Part shown: positions 47,316-56,397 of the stretch, one piece after another
Position numbering within the stretch: the first letter of the stretch is position 1
How the letters are laid out: each line of letters starts with the position of its first letter
Origin: Candidatus Pacearchaeota archaeon CG1_02_39_14
GTDB lineage: Archaea; Nanobdellota; Nanobdellia; Pacearchaeales; GW2011-AR1
Length of the DNA stretch: 64,000 nt
Assembly (NCBI GenBank): GCA_001872315.1
Contig: MNVZ01000010.1
Span: forward strand, 1,057-65,056
Reading direction: 5' to 3'
Position numbers and translations under genes: made by a program
The notes under the pieces: model-generated
Told to the model about the DNA's origin: nothing
Databases searched by the model: none
What the model saw: only the letters and a program-made list of their open reading frames with translations

Positions 47316-47975
47316 TTATCCAAAGATTTTTTGCTCAAGTTCATCAAAAGTGATGAGATCAGAGACAATTTCATCCTCATCAATCAGAATAACTGGCAGT
47401 TCTTCAATCCCATAATCCTTCAAAATCAGGTCAATAGATGCCAGGTCGAGGTTTCCTGCGATTGGAATCAAGAGCATCTTATCCTTATTTTTCTCTTTCA
47501 TGTCCTCAAGCATCCTCCCAAGAAATATTTGCTCTGCGTTTACATTCAGATCTTCAAGGTCATAATCATAAAAATAAACCACTGTATGAAACTCCGTGCC
47601 GCACCTGTCTCTTATTTCAATACTTTCAAGCCAAAGCATCATTCTCAAAAGATCATATCTTCTGTGCACCGCCTTTAATCCGTCTCCAAGTTTGCTCGCC
47701 GAATCATACTCTTCAAGATTCAGTGCCTCTGTATAAATCTGGTCTGCAAAATCAAAAAGGCTCTGTGAAGCAAGCTCGCAATTGACTCTGAAATCCTGCG
47801 TGACCCTGTCTCTTAGCTGTTCGTCAAGAAGATTAATTTCAGAATCATAGACTGCTATCTCAATTTTATCATATCTTGAATTCTCAAGGAAGAAGCCAAG
47901 AAAAATTCCGAGAACAAATACCAGTATAGTAAAAACAAGGGCCTGCCAAAAAGCGTGTTTACTATTTTTTACCAT
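47316..47975 (-). CDS. membrane-anchored hypothetical protein
   Basis: 219 aa with an N-terminal TM helix. 7-nt overlap with the upstream GT2. Confidence 0.4.
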   Translation of the reverse strand: MVKNSKHAFWQALVFTILVFVLGIFLGFFLENSRYDKIEIAVYDSEINLLDEQLRDRVTQDFRVNCELASQSLFDFADQIYTEALNLEEYDSASKLGDGLKAVHRRYDLLRMMLWLESIEIRDRCGTEFHTVVYFYDYDLEDLNVNAEQIFLGRMLEDMKEKNKDKMLLIPIAGNLDLASIDLILKDYGIEELPVILIDEDEIVSDLITFDELEQKIFG

Positions 47976-49213
47976 GAGTACTTTCCTCTCGCCATCTGAT
48001 ATAGTGAATGTATCAGATTAAACGGATAAATCGCTAGGTATATTATAAGATAAAAAAAGATATTAAAAATGTTGCCTTTTTTTACGTGAGTATCATTTAT
48101 CACAAACAAGCCCAAAAAAGTGAAAGAAAGCCCAAGAATGAAAAGGACAAGCCCAAAAAAGTTAAGAATCGATGGAGCAAAAGTCAAGTCCTGAAGCCTT
48201 ACAATTGTAGAGCTTGCATAGATTGAATATTTCGTCGAGAGATACGAAACTAGGGCTCTCCTGCTTAAAAGATAAAAGAACAATCCTAATCCAAAGACTC
48301 CCAGAAAAAGAGAAACGCTAAAAAAAGGAATTATAAAAGAGCCAAGCATTCCTTTTCTGAAAACAAGGCCCTTATACTTCCACAGAGTCTGCTTTCCCCC
48401 TATATTCCACCTAAGTCTTTGCTTCCACCATCCTTTGAAAGTCTTTGGCGTGACAGAGTACACTTTTGTTCCCAGGCACATTCTCGCCATATACCCATAA
48501 GAAAGCATCCTCCAGACAATCTCAATATCCTGCGTCAGATTCCTTTTGTCGAACAGGCCCACTTCAATAAGGATTTTCTTCCTATAAAGGGCAAAAGGTC
48601 CGGGAGTAACATAAACAGCGTCAACCATATCCAGAAGCTTCCTGTTAAATGCGATTACAGAATATTCAATTGCCTGCACTTTTTGCATAAAATTTTTTGG
48701 ATGGTCAGCCAAAACTGCGCAGGTAACTCCTCCAACTTTTGTGTCTTCCTGAAGAAAGCCAATCATCTTTCTCAAAGCATCTCTGGAGGGTGTGGAATCG
48801 GCGTCAGCAACAGCGATATAGTCAAACCTTGAAGCTAAGACTCCTTTATTTGTCGGCTCTGCAGCCCCTCCTGAATTTTTTTCATTCACAATCAGCCTTA
48901 CATTTGGATATTTTTTCACATACTTGGAAATCACCTCAACACTATTGTCGCTACTCTTATCATCTACAATTATTATTTCGAGCTTATTTTTTGGCCAGTC
49001 AAGATTCAGAAGGGACTCAATTGCCTTTCCTATATGTTCAGACTCATTGTAACAAGGCATTACTATGCTAACCCCCTCAACTTTCCCTTTAGGAGAATCA
49101 AAAAGCCTGTTTCTGTTAGGAATAAGAATAAAGAGAAACAATGCAAGCATATAAAGTCCGATAAACATGTAGGTAAAGAAAATTACATCCACCCAAGTTG
49201 CCATATTACCCAA
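47969..49213 (-). CDS. processive family-2 glycosyltransferase (integral membrane, QxxRW type)
   Basis: 414 aa with an N-terminal TM, a GT-A domain (IVMPCYNESEHI, IIVDDKSSDNS), a QRLRW motif (WKQRLRWNIGG), and C-terminal TM helices. Confidence 0.7.
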   Translation of the reverse strand: MGNMATWVDVIFFTYMFIGLYMLALFLFILIPNRNRLFDSPKGKVEGVSIVMPCYNESEHIGKAIESLLNLDWPKNKLEIIIVDDKSSDNSVEVISKYVKKYPNVRLIVNEKNSGGAAEPTNKGVLASRFDYIAVADADSTPSRDALRKMIGFLQEDTKVGGVTCAVLADHPKNFMQKVQAIEYSVIAFNRKLLDMVDAVYVTPGPFALYRKKILIEVGLFDKRNLTQDIEIVWRMLSYGYMARMCLGTKVYSVTPKTFKGWWKQRLRWNIGGKQTLWKYKGLVFRKGMLGSFIIPFFSVSLFLGVFGLGLFFYLLSRRALVSYLSTKYSIYASSTIVRLQDLTFAPSILNFFGLVLFILGLSFTFLGLFVINDTHVKKGNIFNIFFYLIIYLAIYPFNLIHSLYQMARGKYSW

Positions 49214-49724
49214 ACTCCTCTATCTTTTTTCCCCTCTCTATCTGGAAATAATCATAAAAATCCTCGCTTAAAGTAAGCTCCGAAGTATGCCCTGTTTTTT
49301 TCTTGTTGACAAGACCCATTTCAGTAAACTTTTTAACATGGTCATATGCCTTGTTTCCTCTTATCTTTATCAGCACACTCTGTTTCATTGGCTGCTTGTA
49401 AGCGATTATTGCCAGACTTTCCTGTTCTGCCTTGCTGAACTCGGAGCTTCCCCCCGCCAGTCTGTTAACCATCCCAAAATATTCCTGCGAAACATCCATC
49501 TTCCATTTTCCTTCTCTCTCTACAATCTCTATCGCAGAATCCTTATACCTGTCCTTCAAATCATCAAGTATTTTCCTTAAAAGAATAGGATTCACATCTG
49601 TAAGTCCTATCATTTCCTGGATGCTCAGATACCTCCCGGAAATAAAAAGGGCAGCCTCAACCTTTTTTGTATTTTCCACATCTCTTTGCTCATCTATCTC
49701 ATCAATACTTTTGCTTGATACCAT
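49206..49724 (-). CDS. scpB: segregation and condensation protein B
   Basis: 172 aa with tandem winged-helix ScpB-like sequence (VEAALFISGRYLSIQEM...). Confidence 0.6.
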   Translation of the reverse strand: MVSSKSIDEIDEQRDVENTKKVEAALFISGRYLSIQEMIGLTDVNPILLRKILDDLKDRYKDSAIEIVEREGKWKMDVSQEYFGMVNRLAGGSSEFSKAEQESLAIIAYKQPMKQSVLIKIRGNKAYDHVKKFTEMGLVNKKKTGHTSELTLSEDFYDYFQIERGKKIEEFG

Positions 49725-49754
49725 ATAACTCCATAGAATCTCTGATTTTAAAAT

Positions 49755-50333
49755 CTATCCACTAAATCCGATTAATATGCCTTCAACAACTGCTGCAATG
49801 ATGAGAAGAGGGATAACAATTGTAGCAAAAACCTTCAACCCTCCCCAAAACCTTTCTCTGAACTCCTCTGCTCTCCTGCCTTTTTTTGAAAACCAAAAGA
49901 GTCCAAGCTTTACGCCTAATCCCACAGATATGAAAATAGCAGGAAGCTCAAATATACCGTGGGGGACTATTCTCCATACAGAAAAAGCCCCTTCCGCCGC
50001 AACAACCCTGGACATTACGTATCCAAGGAGAGTTCCATTGACAACTATATTAAAAATAGGAAAAATTCCGAGGAACACCCCAAGAATAAAAGCCATAAAA
50101 ACAGAAAGGATGTTATTTTGAAATATGAAGAAAATCAGATCCTCCACACCCATATTAGCAGTTTTCTCGACCAGTTCTCTTATCACATCATCGAAATAGA
50201 AAGAAAAAAGTTCAGGAAAAGCAAATCCCAATATTGTGCCTGCCAAAAAGAGAATAATTGAAAGGTAAATAAAGTTCCTGCTATCTTTAAGATAATCCAA
50301 ACTTTCTCTCCAAATCCCTCTTTTTCTTTTCAT
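49755..50333 (-). CDS. SpoIIM/DUF95-family membrane protein
   Basis: 192 aa with a 5-TM topology and DUF95-like conserved N-terminal region. Confidence 0.5.
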   Translation of the reverse strand: MKRKRGIWRESLDYLKDSRNFIYLSIILFLAGTILGFAFPELFSFYFDDVIRELVEKTANMGVEDLIFFIFQNNILSVFMAFILGVFLGIFPIFNIVVNGTLLGYVMSRVVAAEGAFSVWRIVPHGIFELPAIFISVGLGVKLGLFWFSKKGRRAEEFRERFWGGLKVFATIVIPLLIIAAVVEGILIGFSG

Positions 50334-51053
50334 TTACGCAAACATCCTATTCAGCATTTTAACTTTCCTTGAATATTTATTTCTTAAGTAAAATCCATAG
50401 GCAACTCCGACAATCAGCCCTCCAAAATGGGCAGTGTTTCCTATAGGAAGATTCCCAACGGCAGAAAGAACCCATAACCCAAACATAAGAACAATCATGG
50501 CAATCCACATAGGCATAGGGATTACAAAAAATACCAAAACCCTTAGTCTTGGGATTAAGACTGCAAGCAGGCCTCCAAGTCCGAACAATGCGCCCGAAGC
50601 TCCGACTGCAAAAGCATCTGTTCCTCCGAATAACCTTTCTCCGCCCTGTACAAAAGTGCCCAGATAAGCAAGACCAACAAAAGCCAGCCCCGCAACAATT
50701 CCTGCAACTAGGTAAAACCAAAATAATCTTTTTCTTCCTATTATCTTTTCTATCAGATTTCCTATAAAAAACATAGACACCATGTTAACAAGAAGGTGTC
50801 CAAAGCCAGCGTGCATGAACATACTTGTAATTAATGTCCAGATAAATCCCCCTAAAAACAGTTCCGGATTCAGAGCCACATACCTGAATATCCCTGCATC
50901 TCCTCCTTCTACGTTACCTCCAATCCCAAACCCGATAAGCAGGCTGACTATGATAAAAACAGCAACATTGATGTAAATGATTATATTAGTCAGGCTCATG
51001 CTGCCAAAAAAACTTTGGTTTCTTCTCGAATTCCTCAACCTATAATCAGTCAT
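50334..51053 (-). CDS. rhomboid-family intramembrane serine protease
   Basis: 239 aa with catalytic GxSG (GASGALFG) and a downstream His in a TM helix (TAHFGGLIVG). Confidence 0.8.
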   Translation of the reverse strand: MTDYRLRNSRRNQSFFGSMSLTNIIIYINVAVFIIVSLLIGFGIGGNVEGGDAGIFRYVALNPELFLGGFIWTLITSMFMHAGFGHLLVNMVSMFFIGNLIEKIIGRKRLFWFYLVAGIVAGLAFVGLAYLGTFVQGGERLFGGTDAFAVGASGALFGLGGLLAVLIPRLRVLVFFVIPMPMWIAMIVLMFGLWVLSAVGNLPIGNTAHFGGLIVGVAYGFYLRNKYSRKVKMLNRMFA

Positions 51054-51950
51054 CTACTTTCTTCCTCTTCTAGAAGATTTAACCCTTTTCATTTTCTTTT
51101 TTTTAGAAGATGCTGACTTTTGTTTTCCGGATAAATTTTTTTTAGAAGTAGTTTTTGAAATCTTTTTGCCTTTTACCTTTTTCCCGCCAGGTTTTTCCGC
51201 GGGCTTTTTCTTTCCAGGCCCCTTCTCTGTAGCCTTAGCTTCCTTTTTCTTCTCAATTTCCCTGGTCTTTCTTTTCTTTTCCCTTTCCATCTTTTTCTTT
51301 CTTTCTTCTGCTCTTGCTTTTCTTGCAATGACTGCCCCTTCCTTTTTGACTATCATTCCATGCTGCTCATCAACAACAGCCAAATCTCTCCTTAAGTTTT
51401 CTATTTCCCTATTCAGATTATCTATAACAGCGCTGTTGTCCTTTAGTTCTAAAACTCCTCCGCATTCAACACATGAAAAAAAGTTCTGCAGGGCATCCTC
51501 TTCGTTATATTCCAAGTCGCAAGTGGTGCAATGATAAAACCTGTCTTGCTTCCTCTTATTAAGCTCCTTCTCAAGGGATTCAATTTTTGAATTTATCAGA
51601 ATCCTTAAGTTCTCTATGGATTTTCCAGTTTCCAGTGTCCAGAAATAAGTGTACCATCCACCGTTTTTCTTGTCCTTCTTTCTTACAAAACTTACAAGAC
51701 CCTCATCAGAAAGCTTGTAAAGAATGTTTCTTGTCTGGTTTATTGTAATCTTGAGCTTCTCAGCAATTGTAAATTCATTTACATTTTTCTTTCCAGAAAG
51801 AAGATCAACTATCCCCACAGCTTCAGGGCCTGCAACATTAGCAACAACATCCCTCAAAAGTTTTACCTGCATATCCTCCTGGCTGGAGGCTTTCGGCTTC
51901 GGGATTTTTGCCGAGGAATTTTTCAGATTCTTGTTTTTTTTAGAAGACAT
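51054..51950 (-). CDS. tfe: transcription factor E alpha subunit (TFIIE-alpha homolog) with long Lys-rich C-terminal tail
   Basis: 298 aa with an N-terminal winged helix, a zinc ribbon (CTTCDLEY...CVECGG), and a roughly 90-aa K/R-rich low-complexity tail. Confidence 0.7.
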   Translation of the reverse strand: MSSKKNKNLKNSSAKIPKPKASSQEDMQVKLLRDVVANVAGPEAVGIVDLLSGKKNVNEFTIAEKLKITINQTRNILYKLSDEGLVSFVRKKDKKNGGWYTYFWTLETGKSIENLRILINSKIESLEKELNKRKQDRFYHCTTCDLEYNEEDALQNFFSCVECGGVLELKDNSAVIDNLNREIENLRRDLAVVDEQHGMIVKKEGAVIARKARAEERKKKMEREKKRKTREIEKKKEAKATEKGPGKKKPAEKPGGKKVKGKKISKTTSKKNLSGKQKSASSKKKKMKRVKSSRRGRK

Positions 51951-52070
51951 ACCATAGCTTAAAAAACTGCAAATAAAAACCTTTCGCTATGTATAATTAT
52001 CTCGAAGAAACGTATCTTTCGCAACATATATAAACCAATTTACCCAACTAGCATATATATAGAGGTTAAC

Positions 52071-52661
52071 ATGTTCTGGAAGAAAAAAGAAGAGGATGAA
52101 AAAAATAATCTCCCTGACTTGCCTGGGAGAAAGATTTCAAAGTTTGACTTGCCTCCAATCAGGGCAGAAGCTTCTGAAATATCTGAATCAGCTGAATTCG
52201 AAAGGCCTCCTATAATGAGCCCGTCCATAAGCCGACGTCCAATGCCTGAAAGACAGGCTTTCAGCCCAAGGACAAAGATACCTGAACCTCCCAGGTTCAA
52301 GCAGACTGAAATGCAGCCGGAATTTCTAGGAACTCCCCCAATAAGACAAAGATTTTCTCCAGAGAGAAGCGAATTTGAGGAATCTGAGATGATTCCGCCT
52401 CAAGTTCATATGCACGAAACCCGCGAAATCCAAGAAGCGGATAAAGGTCCTATTTTCGTGCGTCTCGATAAATTCAAATCGGCTAAATCATCTCTGTCTG
52501 ACATAAAAGCAAAGCTTGACGAGGTCGAAGAACTTCTTAGAAAAATTAGGGAAATAAGGCAGAAAGAAGAGCAAGAATTAGAATACTGGGAAAAGGAAAC
52601 CCACGAAATCCAGAATAAAATAAATGGCGTGACAGAAAGTATCTTTGAGAAAATAGAATGA
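52071..52661 (+). CDS. Pro-rich/coiled-coil hypothetical protein
   Basis: 196 aa with a proline-rich N-terminal half and a charged helical C-terminal half. Confidence 0.4.
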   Translation: MFWKKKEEDEKNNLPDLPGRKISKFDLPPIRAEASEISESAEFERPPIMSPSISRRPMPERQAFSPRTKIPEPPRFKQTEMQPEFLGTPPIRQRFSPERSEFEESEMIPPQVHMHETREIQEADKGPIFVRLDKFKSAKSSLSDIKAKLDEVEELLRKIREIRQKEEQELEYWEKETHEIQNKINGVTESIFEKIE

Positions 52662-52981
52662 ACCAAGAATATGTTAAAATGACAGACTCCGAAAAAATAT
52701 TCGGGGCAAAAAGTCTTCTTCATTCCCAGGTGTCTCTTCTTAATTCTGTAAAGCACATCCAGGAATACAACAGGTTAAGAAACGAGGAACTGGCAATCAA
52801 AATACTTCTTAAAAAAAAGCTGGCAGAATTTGATGACGGGTTAAAAGTCCTGGAAAAAGTGATGCCCAAGATGGCCAAAGAAAAGGAAGAGGAAGAAGTA
52901 AGGAAGGATTCTGTCAAGAAGCGCATGAGCCTTGAATCAGAAATAGAAGAGATAAGAAGAAAGATTGAAAAGCTCAAATAA
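52658..52981 (+). CDS. coiled-coil hypothetical protein
   Basis: 107 aa. ATGA coupling to the upstream gene. Confidence 0.4.
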   Translation: MNQEYVKMTDSEKIFGAKSLLHSQVSLLNSVKHIQEYNRLRNEELAIKILLKKKLAEFDDGLKVLEKVMPKMAKEKEEEEVRKDSVKKRMSLESEIEEIRRKIEKLK

Positions 52982-53018
52982 GGACAAACCTTAAAATCCC
53001 TTTTCTCCATAAAACTAT

Positions 53019-54800
53019 ATGATAACAAGAGAAGAGCTCATTAAAAAATACCTGAATTTCTTTAAGAAAAACAACCATAAGGAAATACCCTCTGCCTCCC
53101 TTATTCCCGAAAATGACCCTACTGTATTATTCACAACGGCAGGCATGCACCCCCTTGTCCCATATCTCACAGGACAAAAACACCCCCTCGGAAAACGACT
53201 TGCAAGTGTACAAAAATGCATCCGTACAGGAGACATAGGAGACATAGGAGACACCACACATCACACCTTCTTCGAAATGCTCGGCAACTGGTCTCTCGGA
53301 GACTACTGGAAAAAAGAGGCAATCTCGTTTTCATTTGACTTTCTGACAAAAGAACTCAAAATTCCAATTGAAAAATTAGCAGTCACATGCTTCAAAGGCG
53401 ACAAAGACGCAGAAAAAGATGAGGAATCTGCAGATATCTGGCAATCTCTGGGAATCCCAAAAGCCAGGATTCGATTCCTTGGCAAAGAAGATAACTGGTG
53501 GGGTCCTGCAGGCAAGACAGGCCCGTGCGGCCCTGACACAGAGATATTTTACTGGACAAGCAAAAATCCTGCTCCAAAAGTCTTCAATCCAAAGGACAAA
53601 AACTGGGTTGAGATATGGAATGATGTCTTCATGCAGTACAACAAAACAGAAGACGGTAAATATATTCCTCTAAAACAGAAGAACGTGGATACTGGCATGG
53701 GCGTAGAGAGAATGCTTGCAGCATTAAATGGTCTTGAAGACAATTATCAGACAAATACCTGGACACCAATAATAAAAGAGATAGAAAATCTTTCAAAGAA
53801 AAAATACGAAGAACATTACAGAAAAGACATGAGAATAATTGCAGACCACATCAGAGCAGCAGTATTGATAATGGGTGATGAAAAATCTTTAAAGCCGGGA
53901 AATGCAGAGCACGGATATGTCCTCAGGAGATTAATAAGAAGAGCAATAAGGTACGCCAGTAACTTAGGGATAAAGGATAACTTTACAGCAAAGCTGGCTA
54001 TAACCATAATAGAGATTTACAAAGAAAGCTATCCTGAAATTAAAAAAAATAAGAACTTCATACTGACACAATTAGAAGAAGAGGAAAATAAGTTCAGGAA
54101 AACCCTTGAGTCTGGAATAAAAGAGTTCGAAAAAGTCTCAAAAAATAAAAAAATCATTTCTGGAAAAGAAGCTTTCTTATTATACCAATCATATGGTTTT
54201 CCTATTGAACTCACAAAAGAATTAGCAGATGAAAAGAAGATAAAGATGGATATGAAAGAATACGACAAAGAATTTGAAAAGCACCAGGAACTCTCCAGAA
54301 AACAATCAGCAGGGATGTTCAAATCAGGGTTGGCAGACTCATCAAAAGAGACAACAAGATTGCATACTGCAACTCATCTTCTGAATGAGGCATTAAGAAG
54401 AATTCTCGGCCCTGAAGTAAAGCAAAAAGGCTCAAATATCACGCCAGAAAGGCTGCGTTTCGATTTCAACTTCCCAAGAAAACTGACAGAAGAAGAAATA
54501 AGGAAAGTAGAAAATTTAGTAAATGAAAAGATTAAATCAGGATTGGAAGTCACAAGGACTGAAGAATCCCTTCAGGCAGCATTAAAATCAGGGGCCCAGG
54601 CAGAATTCGGGCAAAAATATCCTGAAAAGGTTTCCGTGTATACAATCATTGACAAAAAGGAGAAGTCAGGTTTTTTCAGTAAAGAGCTCTGCACAGGCCC
54701 TCATGTGAAAAATACAAAGGAAATAGGAAAGTTCAAAATCATAAAAGAAGAATCTTCATCAGCAGGAGTAAGAAGAATTAAAGCTGTTGTAGAAAATTAA
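53019..54800 (+). CDS. alaS: alanyl-tRNA synthetase, compact form lacking C-Ala domain (bacterial/eukaryal-type catalytic core)
   Basis: 593 aa with TVLFTTAGM, QKCIRTGD...THHTFFEMLGNWSLGDYWK. Editing-domain motifs HTATHLLNEAL and CTGPHV...GVRRIKAV. Ends right after the editing domain. Confidence 0.8.
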   Translation: MITREELIKKYLNFFKKNNHKEIPSASLIPENDPTVLFTTAGMHPLVPYLTGQKHPLGKRLASVQKCIRTGDIGDIGDTTHHTFFEMLGNWSLGDYWKKEAISFSFDFLTKELKIPIEKLAVTCFKGDKDAEKDEESADIWQSLGIPKARIRFLGKEDNWWGPAGKTGPCGPDTEIFYWTSKNPAPKVFNPKDKNWVEIWNDVFMQYNKTEDGKYIPLKQKNVDTGMGVERMLAALNGLEDNYQTNTWTPIIKEIENLSKKKYEEHYRKDMRIIADHIRAAVLIMGDEKSLKPGNAEHGYVLRRLIRRAIRYASNLGIKDNFTAKLAITIIEIYKESYPEIKKNKNFILTQLEEEENKFRKTLESGIKEFEKVSKNKKIISGKEAFLLYQSYGFPIELTKELADEKKIKMDMKEYDKEFEKHQELSRKQSAGMFKSGLADSSKETTRLHTATHLLNEALRRILGPEVKQKGSNITPERLRFDFNFPRKLTEEEIRKVENLVNEKIKSGLEVTRTEESLQAALKSGAQAEFGQKYPEKVSVYTIIDKKEKSGFFSKELCTGPHVKNTKEIGKFKIIKEESSSAGVRRIKAVVEN

Positions 54801-55102
54801 GGGCTTAAAGATAGGATTTCTTTCCTGGCTTCATCCGCCTGTTCTTGTCTTGAACTAAATCTGACCAAAACCTGAAGATCCTTCAATTCAGAATATTTAA
54901 GAGGCACACTATTTCCATCATCTCCTCTTAAAAAATAAAAATCATAGCTGCCTTTACCCGATAAAGCAACCCGCCCTTGTAGGCCATATCCTCTCTTCTC
55001 AACTGCATCTCTGACTATAACTTCTGCACCTTCCAGTCCAGAAACAATCCTTCTTCTTTCATCAACATCTATAGGCAGATGCACGCTTCTCCAGTAATTC
55101 AT
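54797..55102 (-). CDS. hypothetical protein
   Basis: 101 aa ORF, GC-rich relative to neighbours. 4-nt overlap with the alaS stop. Confidence 0.35.
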   Translation of the reverse strand: MNYWRSVHLPIDVDERRRIVSGLEGAEVIVRDAVEKRGYGLQGRVALSGKGSYDFYFLRGDDGNSVPLKYSELKDLQVLVRFSSRQEQADEARKEILSLSP

Positions 55103-55154
55103 CTAAAAACCTCGCGGGTAAATATTCCTAAAAATCCGTATATAAAGCTATCTA

Positions 55155-55946
55155 TTAAGCAAAAGCAAGATAAATCCCTAATCCTATTGAAAGGAGGATG
55201 CAATAGATTCCAAACCATGCAAAATTCTTTCTTGAAATAAGGATGTAATTAAATATGACATGTATGGAGGCAAGCCCAACCCCAAAGCCCACTAATGTGG
55301 CCCAAATAAGTTCAGGGGGAAGAGTATTGTTTCCTATACTGACAATGTTTGCACCAAAAACAACAGGAATTGAAAGAAGAAAGGCAAATTTCATTGCGTT
55401 TTTTTCAGAGAGCCCGACTAAAACCCCTGAAGACATTGTCGCCCCGCTCCTTGAGATTCCAGGAATTATTGAAAGGGCCTGGGCAGATCCTATAAAGAAA
55501 GCCTCTCTCCATCCAATCTTGTCAACCTTAATCTTTCCCGGAACGCTTGCAATTAAAAGGAATACTCCCGTAAGAGCAAAACCCCATGCAACAACTGCCA
55601 GATTAGACAAAATCGCATCGAAATACCCTCTGGTGAAAAAGCCGAGCAAAGCTGCCGGAACTGAAGCGATAACAAGCATCAGTCCTAGTCTTCCATTTTC
55701 ACTCTTCCAATTGCCCTTCAAAAGGTCCTCTATTATGTCTATTATATCCTTGCCAAAGTAAACAAAAACAGCCATCAGCGTCCCGAAATGAAGAGCAACA
55801 TCAAAGACCAATCCCCCTTTATATCCCAGAATTTTCTCGAATAAAACCAGATGTCCAGAACTTGAAACAGGAATCCATTCAGTAATTCCCTGGATAACTG
55901 CTAAGATAATAGCAGAAACTAATTCACTGGCCATCAAAACAAGCAT
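55155..55946 (-). CDS. uppP: undecaprenyl-diphosphatase (BacA/UppP)
   Basis: 263 aa with the signature ITEWIPVSSSGHLVL and a polytopic membrane topology. Confidence 0.85.
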   Translation of the reverse strand: MLVLMASELVSAIILAVIQGITEWIPVSSSGHLVLFEKILGYKGGLVFDVALHFGTLMAVFVYFGKDIIDIIEDLLKGNWKSENGRLGLMLVIASVPAALLGFFTRGYFDAILSNLAVVAWGFALTGVFLLIASVPGKIKVDKIGWREAFFIGSAQALSIIPGISRSGATMSSGVLVGLSEKNAMKFAFLLSIPVVFGANIVSIGNNTLPPELIWATLVGFGVGLASIHVIFNYILISRKNFAWFGIYCILLSIGLGIYLAFA

Positions 55947-56037
55947 AAACTCCCAATTATAAATATTGTTGTGTCCTGATTCCCTAATCCCTGCCGTTAA
56001 AACAGGCCTTAAATGCTAATTTACTTCCTGGAAAAGA

Positions 56038-56310
56038 TTAATTCCCGCTTCCAAGCACAAATTCGATATCTATCTCTTCCTGCCTGTTAAGTTCTCTTTT
56101 TCTTCCTACAACATCTGAAAAGAGCTTCAAGGCCCTGCATTTCCAGCACAGCAACTCAACATTAAAATCTATAACTCCCTTAACCCCTTCCTCTTCCTCA
56201 ATGTCATAATTCAGGTCAAAATCAGCTCCGCACCTAATACACCTTTCAAGTATAACGCTTTTTCCATTCATACCACAGAAAATGGGCTTTTCTTTAAATA
56301 TTCTTAACAA
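56038..56310 (-). CDS. small zinc-ribbon protein
   Basis: 90 aa with CxxC (CIRCGADFD) and CWKC pairs. Confidence 0.4.
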   Translation of the reverse strand: MLRIFKEKPIFCGMNGKSVILERCIRCGADFDLNYDIEEEEGVKGVIDFNVELLCWKCRALKLFSDVVGRKRELNRQEEIDIEFVLGSGN

Positions 56311-56397
56311 GCCAGGATATATTTTTCCCAGGACAATCTTATTTATATTGCATAGAACTGAAAAAAGACAACCTGCCTGACCACTTTAGAGACATGA

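Noticed and set aside
53215-53245. Tandem nucleotide repeat gacataggagacataggagac in alaS (encoding GDIGDIGD)
   Set aside because: It stays in frame within a conserved catalytic-core loop. It is likely a benign micro-duplication rather than a frameshift site or regulatory repeat.
53167-54322. Multiple minus-strand small ORFs within alaS
   Set aside because: These are shadow ORFs opposite a conserved, full-length synthetase gene.
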